Shown here one piece after another: positions 17,985 through 25,805 of a DNA stretch of 32,000 nt. Numbering within the stretch: position 1 is the stretch's first letter; each line of letters begins with the position of its first letter. A program made the position numbers and the translations under genes. Where the stretch lies: NCBI GenBank assembly GCA_041494705.1, contig JBGQBI010000001.1:150001-182000 (forward strand), in the 5' to 3' direction. The notes beneath the pieces were generated by a model, which was not told the origin of the DNA, made no database searches, and saw only the letters and a list, made by a program, of their open reading frames with translations. This DNA is from Candidatus Methanoperedens sp. (GTDB taxonomy: Archaea; Halobacteriota; Methanosarcinia; Methanosarcinales; Methanoperedenaceae).

Positions 17985-19430
17985 TTATTTACTTTGTACA
18001 TCTCCCGTTCCACGCATGGCTGAGACAATAATTGCGGGCACGGTGATTATCGAAGAGAGGATAAATGCCGCGGCTATACCTCCGGTAAAGGCTTCCTGCA
18101 CAGCTACAGGCATGCTTGCACCGCCCCTGACAAACATATCCATCATCGCAGGAAGAGAAATAGTTCCCATAATCAGCGGAAAAGCTATTCCCATGCTCAG
18201 CACCATGCCGGCGCTATTGAAAAACGCTCTCATGGATGAGGCCACACCGCGCCGCTCCGGGGCAACCGACGACATAATGGCGCTGGTATTCGGGGGCTGG
18301 AACAGCCCGGAACCGAAACTGTTGATAAACATCCATACTGCAAGTATCCAGTAAGGGGTATTGTAATGCATAGTCGCTAAACCAAGGAGGCCGACTAAGG
18401 ATATAACCAGCCCTATTGTGCTTATGCTCCTTGAGCCGTATTTATCAGATAGCACCCCGCCTATCGGGCCTGTAATCGCAAGACCGATTGCAAGAGGAAT
18501 TGTGAGTATGCTTGCCATAAGGGGGTCATAGCCCCAGGGGCCCTGGAAGAAAAGTATGAGGAGAATCATTACCGCTCCCCTGGCTATGGAATTAAGAAGG
18601 GCGCTTAACTGTCCGTAAGAGAAGATTTTATTCTTGAAAAGATTCAAATCCATCAGCGGATAGGTTGCCCTCTTTTCTACCCGCAGGAAAGCTGCAAAAC
18701 TTATAATCGCGATAAAAAGCGACAGAAGCATTGGACGCGATGTCAAACCGAGAACAAATCCTGCAGTGAGGTAAATCATAGACGTGATGAAGGCGATAGT
18801 AAATAATATCATTCCTTTGAAGTCGAATGTTTCCCCTTTCGGAAGTACCGCAACTTCTTTTAGTTTTAAATGAGCCCACACTGTGACAACGATACCGATG
18901 GGGACATTGAAAAAGAAATTCAGCCTCCAGTCTATCAATGTGAGGAAACCTCCCAATATGGGGCCAATAACAAATGCTGCCGCCATTATCATGCTGAGAA
19001 TTCCCATTGCTTTTCCCAGTTCGTCCCGCTTGAAAGCATCGGTTACTATTATTGTGCCGTTAGCCACGAGCATCGACCCGCCCACAGCCTGTAGTACCCG
19101 AAAAGCGATAAGCTGGCCAATGTTAGCGGATAAACCGCAGAGAAGCGAGCCGATTGTAAACACTGCCAGCCCGTAAACGTACAGCTTTTTCCGCCCGTGG
19201 ATGTCTGCAAGCCTGCCCCACGCGGGCGCAAGTATGGTCATGATAAGCATGTAGCTGATAAGCACCCACATTATCCCGAAGAGGTCTGTGTTCAGCTTGA
19301 CCATCATGGTTGGAAGGGCGATTATCAGGGTGCTGGCATTGAGGATTCCGACAAGCATTCCGAGAGAAGCTACGGTAAGGGCAGTCCATTTGTAGTCTCT
19401 CTGCGTTTTTTTATCAATGTTAGAGTTCAT
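17985..19430 (-). CDS. MFS transporter, 14-TMS drug:H+ antiporter (DHA2/EmrB-like)
   Basis: GRLADIHGRKKLY (MFS motif A) and LQAVGGSMLVANG, with length consistent with 14 TMS. The start could be ATG 19430 or 19442. Confidence 0.75.
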   Translation of the reverse strand: MNSNIDKKTQRDYKWTALTVASLGMLVGILNASTLIIALPTMMVKLNTDLFGIMWVLISYMLIMTILAPAWGRLADIHGRKKLYVYGLAVFTIGSLLCGLSANIGQLIAFRVLQAVGGSMLVANGTIIVTDAFKRDELGKAMGILSMIMAAAFVIGPILGGFLTLIDWRLNFFFNVPIGIVVTVWAHLKLKEVAVLPKGETFDFKGMILFTIAFITSMIYLTAGFVLGLTSRPMLLSLFIAIISFAAFLRVEKRATYPLMDLNLFKNKIFSYGQLSALLNSIARGAVMILLILFFQGPWGYDPLMASILTIPLAIGLAITGPIGGVLSDKYGSRSISTIGLVISLVGLLGLATMHYNTPYWILAVWMFINSFGSGLFQPPNTSAIMSSVAPERRGVASSMRAFFNSAGMVLSMGIAFPLIMGTISLPAMMDMFVRGGASMPVAVQEAFTGGIAAAFILSSIITVPAIIVSAMRGTGDVQSK

Positions 19431-19631
19431 GGTAAATCTCATAAAAGTTGAAGAGATGTTTAATTCAAACTCAGATATTTAAAATTATGTGCGAAGAAAT
19501 CGCATCAAAAGGATGCAGACATTTGCAAGAATGAATCCGGATGGGTAAACCTTTAAGCCGATATGAGAAAAATATAACACACTCAATGACAGAAACACTC
19601 CGGCCTTCGGTCGGAAAAAGGAGATATTTTC

Positions 19632-20297
19632 ATGAACGTCACGGAAGCCCTGAATTCCCGTTATTCCACCCGCGCCTTTAAATCTGACCCTGTTGACCAG
19701 GAAACGATTCTCAAGATACTGGAAGCCGCAACCCGCGCGCCCTCATGGGCAAATACCCAGCCGTGGGAGATATTCGTTGCAGGCGGGGAGGCTCTGGAAA
19801 GGCTGCGGCAGGGTTATCTTTCAAATTTTAAGATCGATGTGCCCCGTCAATCGGATTTACCAAGACCCGAACTCTGGCCTCCAGCCCATCAAAAGCGCAT
19901 TGAGGAATTGGGGGCGAAACGCTTTGGTCTTCTTGGAATTAAACGCGATGACAAAGCCCAAAGACAGGCATTTTCCGAGGCGAACTCTAAGTTTTTCGGG
20001 GCGCAGGTTGTCGTTTACCTGTGCATGGACCGCACCCTCACGCCCTGGTCGGTATTCGATATCGGAATGCTGGCCCAGAGTATTATGTTAGAGGCACAGG
20101 AATATAATCTCGGCTCGATACCTGCTTTTATGCTGGTATCTTACCCTGAGCTAATCCGAGCAGAACTGGAAATCCCGGAAGACCTGTCGATTATAATCGG
20201 AATTGCTCTTGGCTACAGCGATACGCAGCATCCGCAGAATAAGTTCAGGAGCCCACGGCGGGATATCAGGGAAGTTGTCAGGTTTAAAGGGTTTTAA
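19632..20297 (+). CDS. nitroreductase-family flavoprotein
   Basis: RYSTRAFKSDPV and EAATRAPSWANTQPWEIFV are the classic nitroreductase N-terminal motifs. GGAG lies upstream of the ATG. Confidence 0.8.
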   Translation: MNVTEALNSRYSTRAFKSDPVDQETILKILEAATRAPSWANTQPWEIFVAGGEALERLRQGYLSNFKIDVPRQSDLPRPELWPPAHQKRIEELGAKRFGLLGIKRDDKAQRQAFSEANSKFFGAQVVVYLCMDRTLTPWSVFDIGMLAQSIMLEAQEYNLGSIPAFMLVSYPELIRAELEIPEDLSIIIGIALGYSDTQHPQNKFRSPRRDIREVVRFKGF

Positions 20298-20302
20298 TCC
20301 TT

Positions 20303-20318
20303 AATCCTGATTCATGGG
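20303..20318. repeat. left copy of 16-nt direct repeat AATCCTGATTCATGGG (candidate attL)
   Basis: Matches 23213-23228 (AATCCTGATAAATGGG) at 14 of 16 positions. It lies 6 nt after the nitroreductase stop and ends where integrase homology begins. Confidence 0.5.
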
Positions 20319-20871
20319 ATTTTTATTATGGTGGGATTTTAAAGAAAAATTTTGCTTATGATATCAAAAGACCAAAGAAAGACAAAAAGTTGCCTGTTGT
20401 GATGAACGGTGTTGAGATTTCTCAAATGCTTTCATCGGTTAGCAACATAAAACACAGAGAAATCCTGATGCCCATATATTCTACGGGTTTAGTGTGAGTC
20501 AGGTCGTGAAGTTAAGGTACGAATAAATCGACGCTGAAAGAAAGCTCGTTCACTTAAAAAGTGCAAAGGGGAGAAAGGATAGGTACACGATACTTTCGGA
20601 TGTGGCGTTGGAAACGATAAGGAAATACCTGAAGAAATATGGTCAATCAAGATGGCTATTTCCATGTCAAGATAAAGAAAACCATATAACAACTCGGTCA
20701 TTTGAACAGATATTCTCAAATGCTTGTAAAAAATCGAACATCGAGAAAGACGTCACGGCGCATTCTCTCAGGCATAGCTTCGCTACGCATCTACTTGAAT
20801 GCGGTACAGACCTGCGGTATATCGAGGAGGTGGTGGGGCACAAGAGTTCAAAGACAACAGATATATATACG
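20318..20871 (+). pseudogene. tyrosine recombinase (XerC/D-IntI-like) pseudogene, truncated at both ends
   Basis: Conceptual translation: FYYGGILKKNFAYDIKRPKKDKKLPVVMNGVEISQMLSSVSNIKHREILMPIYSTGL. A frameshift follows (stop at 20495-20497), then VSQVVKLRYE, then an in-frame TAA at 20524-20526. It continues [23 protein letters not shown]...[38 protein letters not shown]. The HxxR, GH and Tyr boxes are present. The N-terminal SAM-like domain is missing, and homology ends right after the catalytic Tyr-Thr. Confidence 0.8.
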
Positions 20872-20966
20872 CCCAGCCGTTATATGCCATTGCGGGCAGA
20901 AGAAAGAGATAGTGATTTCGATGCCTACAAAACCAACACTAAATTCGAACAGAAAGGAGCTTTGTT

Positions 20967-21260
20967 ATGTTAATGCCAATGGACACGACAGGAAGCAGCC
21001 TTCCAGAATTAATTAAGTCGAAGCGTGCGGAGTTTACACAATTGGTCGAAATTCAGGGGGGATTTTCTGGCATCGACCAGGAAGTCAAGGCTGAACTCGC
21101 AAAGTTAGAGGCTTTGGTGGTGACGAACGGGCGAGCGATGATGGGACTACCATTCATCTGGGGGTCGATCAGGATATTAGCGATCTATGGGAGATGGTCT
21201 TGGTGGAGAACACCTACACCAAAACCACCACCCTCAGAGGCCCGAGTGAATCTTGCTTAA
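20967..21260 (+). CDS. hypothetical small protein (97 aa) with one C-terminal hydrophobic/Trp-rich segment
   Basis: ATG lies 7 nt after AAAGGAG. The segment [21 protein letters not shown] is followed by a Pro/Lys tail. It is the first ORF of the GC-rich core. Confidence 0.5.
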   Translation: MLMPMDTTGSSLPELIKSKRAEFTQLVEIQGGFSGIDQEVKAELAKLEALVVTNGRAMMGLPFIWGSIRILAIYGRWSWWRTPTPKPPPSEARVNLA

Positions 21261-21285
21261 GACCAAACTGCGCAGAGGTCTTGAC

Positions 21286-23094
21286 ATGCGCGCGATTGTT
21301 GAGCGCGGCCTTCGTCTAGAAGCACAACGGTCAACTCCTGCGCTTCCCGACGTAGCGGCTCTGTGCCTTCGCATCGCGCACCATGCGCACGCTCTCGGAA
21401 TGTTGGATGGGAGCTCTACCGTGCTCGTGGACTGGGCTACGAGCCGGTATGAAGCCTGGGCCGCCTCGCTCCACAACTCAGACTTAGAAGTCGTCAAGGC
21501 AACCCTCGCTTCGGACCCCGTCAACCTGCTAATCGGTGGGCTTTGCCTCCCTGATGAGGACGCCCGAGAACGTGTGTTTGCGACTTACCTAACCTTCGCA
21601 CAATGCTTCAATGACCAAGGCATTTCGGTCGCCTCAGTCAAGAACGCACCGCTCGTCGGAGCCCTTCTCCGCGCCATGGGTCGCAAGGAAAAAGCAGATT
21701 GTCTGCCTTCCTCGTCTAACAGTCGTCCGGTTCTTTGGGTCGATATTGACGAGATTGCGAGGTTTGCACTTAGCGCTACCGAATTTGGAAGCAGGCTCGT
21801 TGTCTTGCAAGAGCAACGATCTATCGAGGCGGTCGTTGAGGCTCACCTCGTCAAATCGGCACGTACCTGTGATATCAATCGTGCGGGATATGCACTTCTT
21901 ACAGCAGCACTCCTTGGTATCGCGCGGGAGCGGTCGCAGGAACTTGTTGCGTGGTTAGCCAGGATGTTTCGGAGTGACGGCCTCATTGGATATTTGGAGT
22001 TCTACGAGGGTATCGAGACACGCGCCAACCTCCTGGTCTGCGCCAACGCCTACTGGGGGCTTCATATCGCGTGTAGGCCAGAAACGCCGTTGTATCCGAC
22101 CCTGACGCGCGTGCGCGACACTGTAGGCGTTTCAAGGCAAGCAATCAATTTGATACCGTCGATTCCCAACATCGACGTGAATCGGTGTGAACGGGTGGGG
22201 CATTCGCTCTGCAGGTGGCTTGAAGAGCGTCTTCCAAAGTTCAGCCTACTGCCAGCATGCAAGGACCGAGCAGACTTTGACAATCGCTTCAAGCCACTGA
22301 CAGAGATGTTTCTGATCCTTTTCATGCTCACTCGGCCAGAGCACGTTGAGTTGGGCTCCCCCTTTGTTCCATGGGCTAGGCGCATGACTGAGAAGCTTGC
22401 GGACCACCTCGACTGGGAGGGACTCGTAGAGAGCTTCAGAATGCACGCGACCGATTCGATCGGACTCATGGCGCCTCTCCTGTTAGAACAGCTCACTGGC
22501 AGACAATCTCGCTTCCACGATGAGTTGGTCGAGCTCTTGCGCCATCCCCTCGCTCAAGCCAAAGAGCGGACGCCGATGAGACAATTGGAGTTCCACATGG
22601 TCCGTTATCTCCATGGGGAGGCGAATGCCCTTGGGGATATGAAGGAGGAGTTATCGCGGACCTTGCTTGGTCGTGCGTGTGATCCGCTATACTTCTCCAA
22701 TGAGGATGCGTACGACATTACACATGCAGTAATCTACGCCCTAGCGTTAGGCTGGACATCTGATTCGGGCATTCTTGCGTCATACCGTCCCTGGCTAAGC
22801 CGCCATCTAACAAGCCTCACGCTTGCCAGCATGCTGGACGGAGATTTCGATCTGGGTGGCGAGTTCCTGATTTGCCACCTTCTCGACCAACAGGAGCCGG
22901 ATGTCAAGTTCGTACTGTCGGTCGAGCTTCTTCTCGATGCCGTTCAAGAGGACGGCGCGATATCGGGGCCGTCTCGGGAGATGCGTGAGGACATGGACGC
23001 TTTCGAGCGATGTTACCACACGACGCAGGTATGTTTGGTTGCATTGGCGGAAGTTTGGATCGCGCAGCTGCGACCGAAACCCACACATACCTAA
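21286..23094 (+). CDS. hypothetical large helical protein (~602 aa), no recognisable catalytic motif
   Basis: The only long ORF in the GC-rich core; antisense ORFs there are 144 aa or shorter. The start is either ATG 21286 or TTG 21253. Leu/Ala/Arg-rich. The C-terminal third has YDITHAVIYALALG, DGDFDLGGEFL, VQEDGAISGP and CYHTTQVCLVAL. Confidence 0.7.
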   Translation: MRAIVERGLRLEAQRSTPALPDVAALCLRIAHHAHALGMLDGSSTVLVDWATSRYEAWAASLHNSDLEVVKATLASDPVNLLIGGLCLPDEDARERVFATYLTFAQCFNDQGISVASVKNAPLVGALLRAMGRKEKADCLPSSSNSRPVLWVDIDEIARFALSATEFGSRLVVLQEQRSIEAVVEAHLVKSARTCDINRAGYALLTAALLGIARERSQELVAWLARMFRSDGLIGYLEFYEGIETRANLLVCANAYWGLHIACRPETPLYPTLTRVRDTVGVSRQAINLIPSIPNIDVNRCERVGHSLCRWLEERLPKFSLLPACKDRADFDNRFKPLTEMFLILFMLTRPEHVELGSPFVPWARRMTEKLADHLDWEGLVESFRMHATDSIGLMAPLLLEQLTGRQSRFHDELVELLRHPLAQAKERTPMRQLEFHMVRYLHGEANALGDMKEELSRTLLGRACDPLYFSNEDAYDITHAVIYALALGWTSDSGILASYRPWLSRHLTSLTLASMLDGDFDLGGEFLICHLLDQQEPDVKFVLSVELLLDAVQEDGAISGPSREMREDMDAFERCYHTTQVCLVALAEVWIAQLRPKPTHT

Positions 23095-23212
23095 TGTCAC
23101 ATCAACTCTCAAAAGTCTGAAAGTCTGGATAACTTTATCCTTGCATCTTCGGTTGTAAATCGCCAATTTACTTTCGCATTTTTATTTTTGGCAAGTAAAA
23201 GCATATCAAAAA

Positions 23213-23228
23213 AATCCTGATAAATGGG
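23213..23228. repeat. right copy of 16-nt direct repeat AATCCTGATAAATGGG (candidate attR)
   Basis: Its last 4 nt (TGGG, 23225-23228) are the discriminator base plus the first three acceptor-stem positions of the minus-strand tRNA-Val. Confidence 0.5.
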
Positions 23229-23298
23229 CCCGCGGAGATTCGAACTCCGGATCTCTTCCATGTCAAGGAAACGTCATAACCAACTAGACCACGAGCCC
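23225..23298 (-). tRNA. tRNA-Val (anticodon GAC)
   Basis: The reverse complement folds by hand as a 74-nt cloverleaf. Acceptor GGGCUCG/CGGGCCC, D arm GUCU-AGUUGGUUA-UGAC, anticodon stem UUUCC/GGAAG with loop UUGACAU. Variable loop AGAUC, T arm CGGAG-UUCGAAU-CUCCG, discriminator A. CCA is not encoded. Confidence 0.9.
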
Positions 23299-23516
23299 AG
23301 TTCATTCCACCAGTGGATTATCGCTATTAGGCGATTGTAGAGGTAATCATCCCTTTTTTTAGAAATTATCCACTTTCTTGGAAGTGGGCGTTAATAAGAA
23401 TCCAAAGCAAATATACTTATCGAAAATTAGAGGTTGTTTTAATTCGTGTTGGTAGTTATGTCAAGATATAATATATCTATGAAAACCACCTTGCATGGAT
23501 TATGAAATATTTTCCT

Positions 23517-24146
23517 TCAGTGCTTTTTAAAGCTATTATTTCCATAAAAAAAGTATTTCCCCCAATCCTTTAATCCCATGCCACCAGCAAAGTTAAACTC
23601 TTTAGTAAAATAAAGGGGTCCTGACTGGAGCCGACCTATCAAATCATCGCTAATATTGGCATTTACAAGTTCTCTTACTTTTTTTACAAAGTAATCCAAG
23701 TAAAAAAGAATTTCAGGTTCTCCTGTAGTTAAATCTGTTGTCACTTTAGAAGGGTATCTTACCTCGTTAAAATTATATAATATATCAATAAGAATCCCAA
23801 CACCATCTTCCTTGAAGAATTCATCCTTTTCTTGACAACATTCCAATAATTTCTTTAAATCATGGTTCTTAAATACAATTTCTTTCCCTTCAGTATCTCT
23901 ATAGCCTTTAATATACTTGCCATTTATCCCGTAATGTTTCAAAATGAAGGCTTTTAAATATTTTTCGACTGCCTGCTGCATGTGGTATGCCCCTAATCTA
24001 TAAAGATCAGAAAGCATCAATATACGAGTGGTTATGTAATCCTCGGATGCCAGCCGTAACCATAAATCAGGATTATATTCTATACTTAAATCTTTCAATT
24101 CCTCCAAGCTTAACATGTCTGAAGTTATTGGGGGCACATTATTCAA
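23517..24146 (-). CDS. HEPN-domain protein (209 aa)
   Basis: The YHMQQAVEKYLKAFIL (QAxEKxLKA), KNHDLKKLLE and NEVRYPS pattern matches the classic HEPN (PF05168-like) helices. A sampled line is about 32% GC. No adjacent nucleotidyltransferase gene. Confidence 0.65.
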   Translation of the reverse strand: MNNVPPITSDMLSLEELKDLSIEYNPDLWLRLASEDYITTRILMLSDLYRLGAYHMQQAVEKYLKAFILKHYGINGKYIKGYRDTEGKEIVFKNHDLKKLLECCQEKDEFFKEDGVGILIDILYNFNEVRYPSKVTTDLTTGEPEILFYLDYFVKKVRELVNANISDDLIGRLQSGPLYFTKEFNFAGGMGLKDWGKYFFYGNNSFKKH

Positions 24147-24429
24147 ATCATCAACCTCTTAACCTCCCACAACTTTTCTAAGCATAAGTCTTTCAATTTT
24201 ACAAGACAGAAAGGCGCAAACACGCTCTGCAAGGGCAACGTATCGCCGTTGCATCACTCACAAAGTCATGAAGATTGCCCTCCGTCCTAAAGCGACACGC
24301 ACAAGTGCGCTTACCGAACGCTTATTAGATACCCCAAGCTCCCTAAAAAGTGGTCTTGCAGAAATATCATAACTCATGTCGCAGCGATTAAGCCAAGTTT
24401 TATATTTCAATAAATTAAAATACTTTTCA

Positions 24430-24729
24430 ATGGGAACTGTCAGTACAAGGAAAAGGCTTGAAACCATAGAACGCGATGTTCTCTCTTCGATGTTCGTAGG
24501 AGTGCTGTCCAAGGACGATGCGTGGCTGGAACATACATTGAAAGAAACGCTCCCTGCGCTTGAGGCGCGCGCCCTTCGCCTTGCAGGGGAATGCAGGGAT
24601 AACAGGGAGTGTGCTGAGGATGACCCTGTGTGCGATGAAACGCGAATCAAGGCAATGTTTGCGAAGACCCGCGAGAAGCTTGAAAACGAACATCTGGTCA
24701 GGGAATCGCATACGAGATTTCATCATTGA
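24430..24729 (+). CDS. hypothetical acidic protein (99 aa)
   Basis: ATG 24430 lies about 25 nt downstream of the TATA-like TTTTATAT (24398-24405), suggesting a leaderless mRNA. The protein-like sequence is ...RLETIERDVLSSMFVGVLSKDDAWLEHTLKETLPALEARALRLAGECRDNRECAEDDPVCDE... No known motif. Confidence 0.4.
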   Translation: MGTVSTRKRLETIERDVLSSMFVGVLSKDDAWLEHTLKETLPALEARALRLAGECRDNRECAEDDPVCDETRIKAMFAKTREKLENEHLVRESHTRFHH

Positions 24730-24800
24730 TAAATTGATGCAATGCACTCCGCGCATTTTTACAAAACATATATCCAACAGAATAACCAAATCAGGATAAA

Positions 24801-25805
24801 ATGTTCAAAAGTTTTACATTCTGGAAACGGCGGGCTTTAAAAAAGCTGTTATCACAGCCAGGCAAGAGACTTACGATTTATACCAGGAACAACCCTGATT
24901 CAGACTCCCTGGCAAGCTCTCTTGCATTAAAACATATAGCAGAATATTACAACATGGATGCCGATATATATTATACAGGGGTAATCCAGAACAAGACACT
25001 TATCAATGTATTGGGCGACGATGTGACGAAAGTCGAGGCAATCACCCGGTCACAGACCGAAACGGCTTTTGTTGATTTGATGCCAGCGGAGTTAACAGGC
25101 GAAAAAATCACTCCTTCAATCGTAATCGGGCATACGCTTGGAAATATAGAAGGAATACGCTGCGCTTACCGTGATATAAGAACCACTGAAACCACATCAA
25201 GCATAATGATTGAATATTTAAAAAAACTTGGTGTGGCAATAGATAAAAGACTGGCAACCCTCCTTCTCTTTGCCATCAGGGACAAAACCAGGACTTTGAT
25301 AACCAACTTCACGCTTGAGGATATCGAAGCATACTGGTATATCCACAAATATGTAGATATGGAATTACTGTTAAGCCTGGAACATCCCTCTGTCAGGTTT
25401 GAGACATTTGCCGATCTTTCCCGCGCTATAGACAACAAAATAATTAAAGGGGCTTATCTCTTTACGACCGTGGGTTTTGTCAAGGACCCGGGCACGATTC
25501 CGAAAGTCTGCAAATACATGCTGGACATTGAAGGGGTTTCAACAGCTCTTGTGTTCGCGGTCGATGCTTCAAGAATTCATATATACGCAGAGTCTGAAAA
25601 TATGGAGCTTAATATGAAAAATATCCTCAGGAAAGCGTTCGAGGATTGGGGGGAAGTTGCTGGCGGGCCGTTCCATGCAAGCACTTCAATACCGCTGGGA
25701 GTGCTGGGTATTGTTGCAGAAGATGAAAAATCAAAACCCCTTCTCCTTAAGACGATTACCGATTCTATCTCATCCCGGTATTTCTATGCTCTCGAAGCCG
25801 AATAG
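24801..25805 (+). CDS. DHH/DHHA1-family phosphoesterase-like protein with degenerate DHH motif
   Basis: Motif I NPDSDSLASSLAL and motif II AFVDL are present. Motif III is IVIGHTLG (GHT instead of DHH). The motif IV region is AIRDKTRTL, and the DHHA1-like element is AGGPFHAS. Confidence 0.6.
   Translation: MFKSFTFWKRRALKKLLSQPGKRLTIYTRNNPDSDSLASSLALKHIAEYYNMDADIYYTGVIQNKTLINVLGDDVTKVEAITRSQTETAFVDLMPAELTGEKITPSIVIGHTLGNIEGIRCAYRDIRTTETTSSIMIEYLKKLGVAIDKRLATLLLFAIRDKTRTLITNFTLEDIEAYWYIHKYVDMELLLSLEHPSVRFETFADLSRAIDNKIIKGAYLFTTVGFVKDPGTIPKVCKYMLDIEGVSTALVFAVDASRIHIYAESENMELNMKNILRKAFEDWGEVAGGPFHASTSIPLGVLGIVAEDEKSKPLLLKTITDSISSRYFYALEAE

Larger units (their letters stand above)
20303..23228. 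mobile_element. decayed integrated element / genomic islet at the 3' end of tRNA-Val
   Basis: Bounded by the 14/16 direct repeat. It contains a tyrosine-recombinase pseudogene and a core near 60% GC (sampled lines 57-65%) against roughly 32-47% in the flanks. The right repeat overlaps the tRNA 3' end. Confidence 0.6.

Noticed and set aside
17065-19451. ORFs 17065..17658(-), 17380..17589(+), 17668..18354(+), 18628..18879(-), 18870..19451(+) and others
   Set aside because: They are shadow frames of the two polytopic transporter genes. 17668..18354 even bridges two convergent genes.
20960-23100. The GC-rich block as a metagenome assembly chimera and not a real insertion
   Set aside because: Not fully rejected. 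I consider it less likely because host-like sequence continues on both sides and the block sits in a classic tRNA/integrase/direct-repeat context. Only read mapping can settle it.
21234-23166. Minus-strand ORFs of 60-144 aa and plus-strand alternates (115 and 85 aa) inside the GC-rich core
   Set aside because: High GC suppresses stop codons in all frames. These are much shorter than the 613-codon frame, and their translations are Arg/Ser/Ala-rich and typical of antisense GC-rich DNA.
20288-23228. SSV-type model in which integration splits the integrase gene, suggested because the integrase frame runs through the left repeat
   Set aside because: That model predicts the missing N-terminal integrase piece just upstream of the right repeat. 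That space is taken by the end of the 602-aa ORF and an AT-rich spacer with no such coding potential, and the enzyme is XerC/D-IntI-like. A simple 5' deletion or rearrangement is more likely.
24258-24789. 130-aa and 120-aa minus-strand ORFs
   Set aside because: As whole ORFs they are Ser/Arg-rich antisense translations of the more protein-like plus-strand frame. Only the last 39 codons of the first (HTH-like) were kept, as a low-interest observation.
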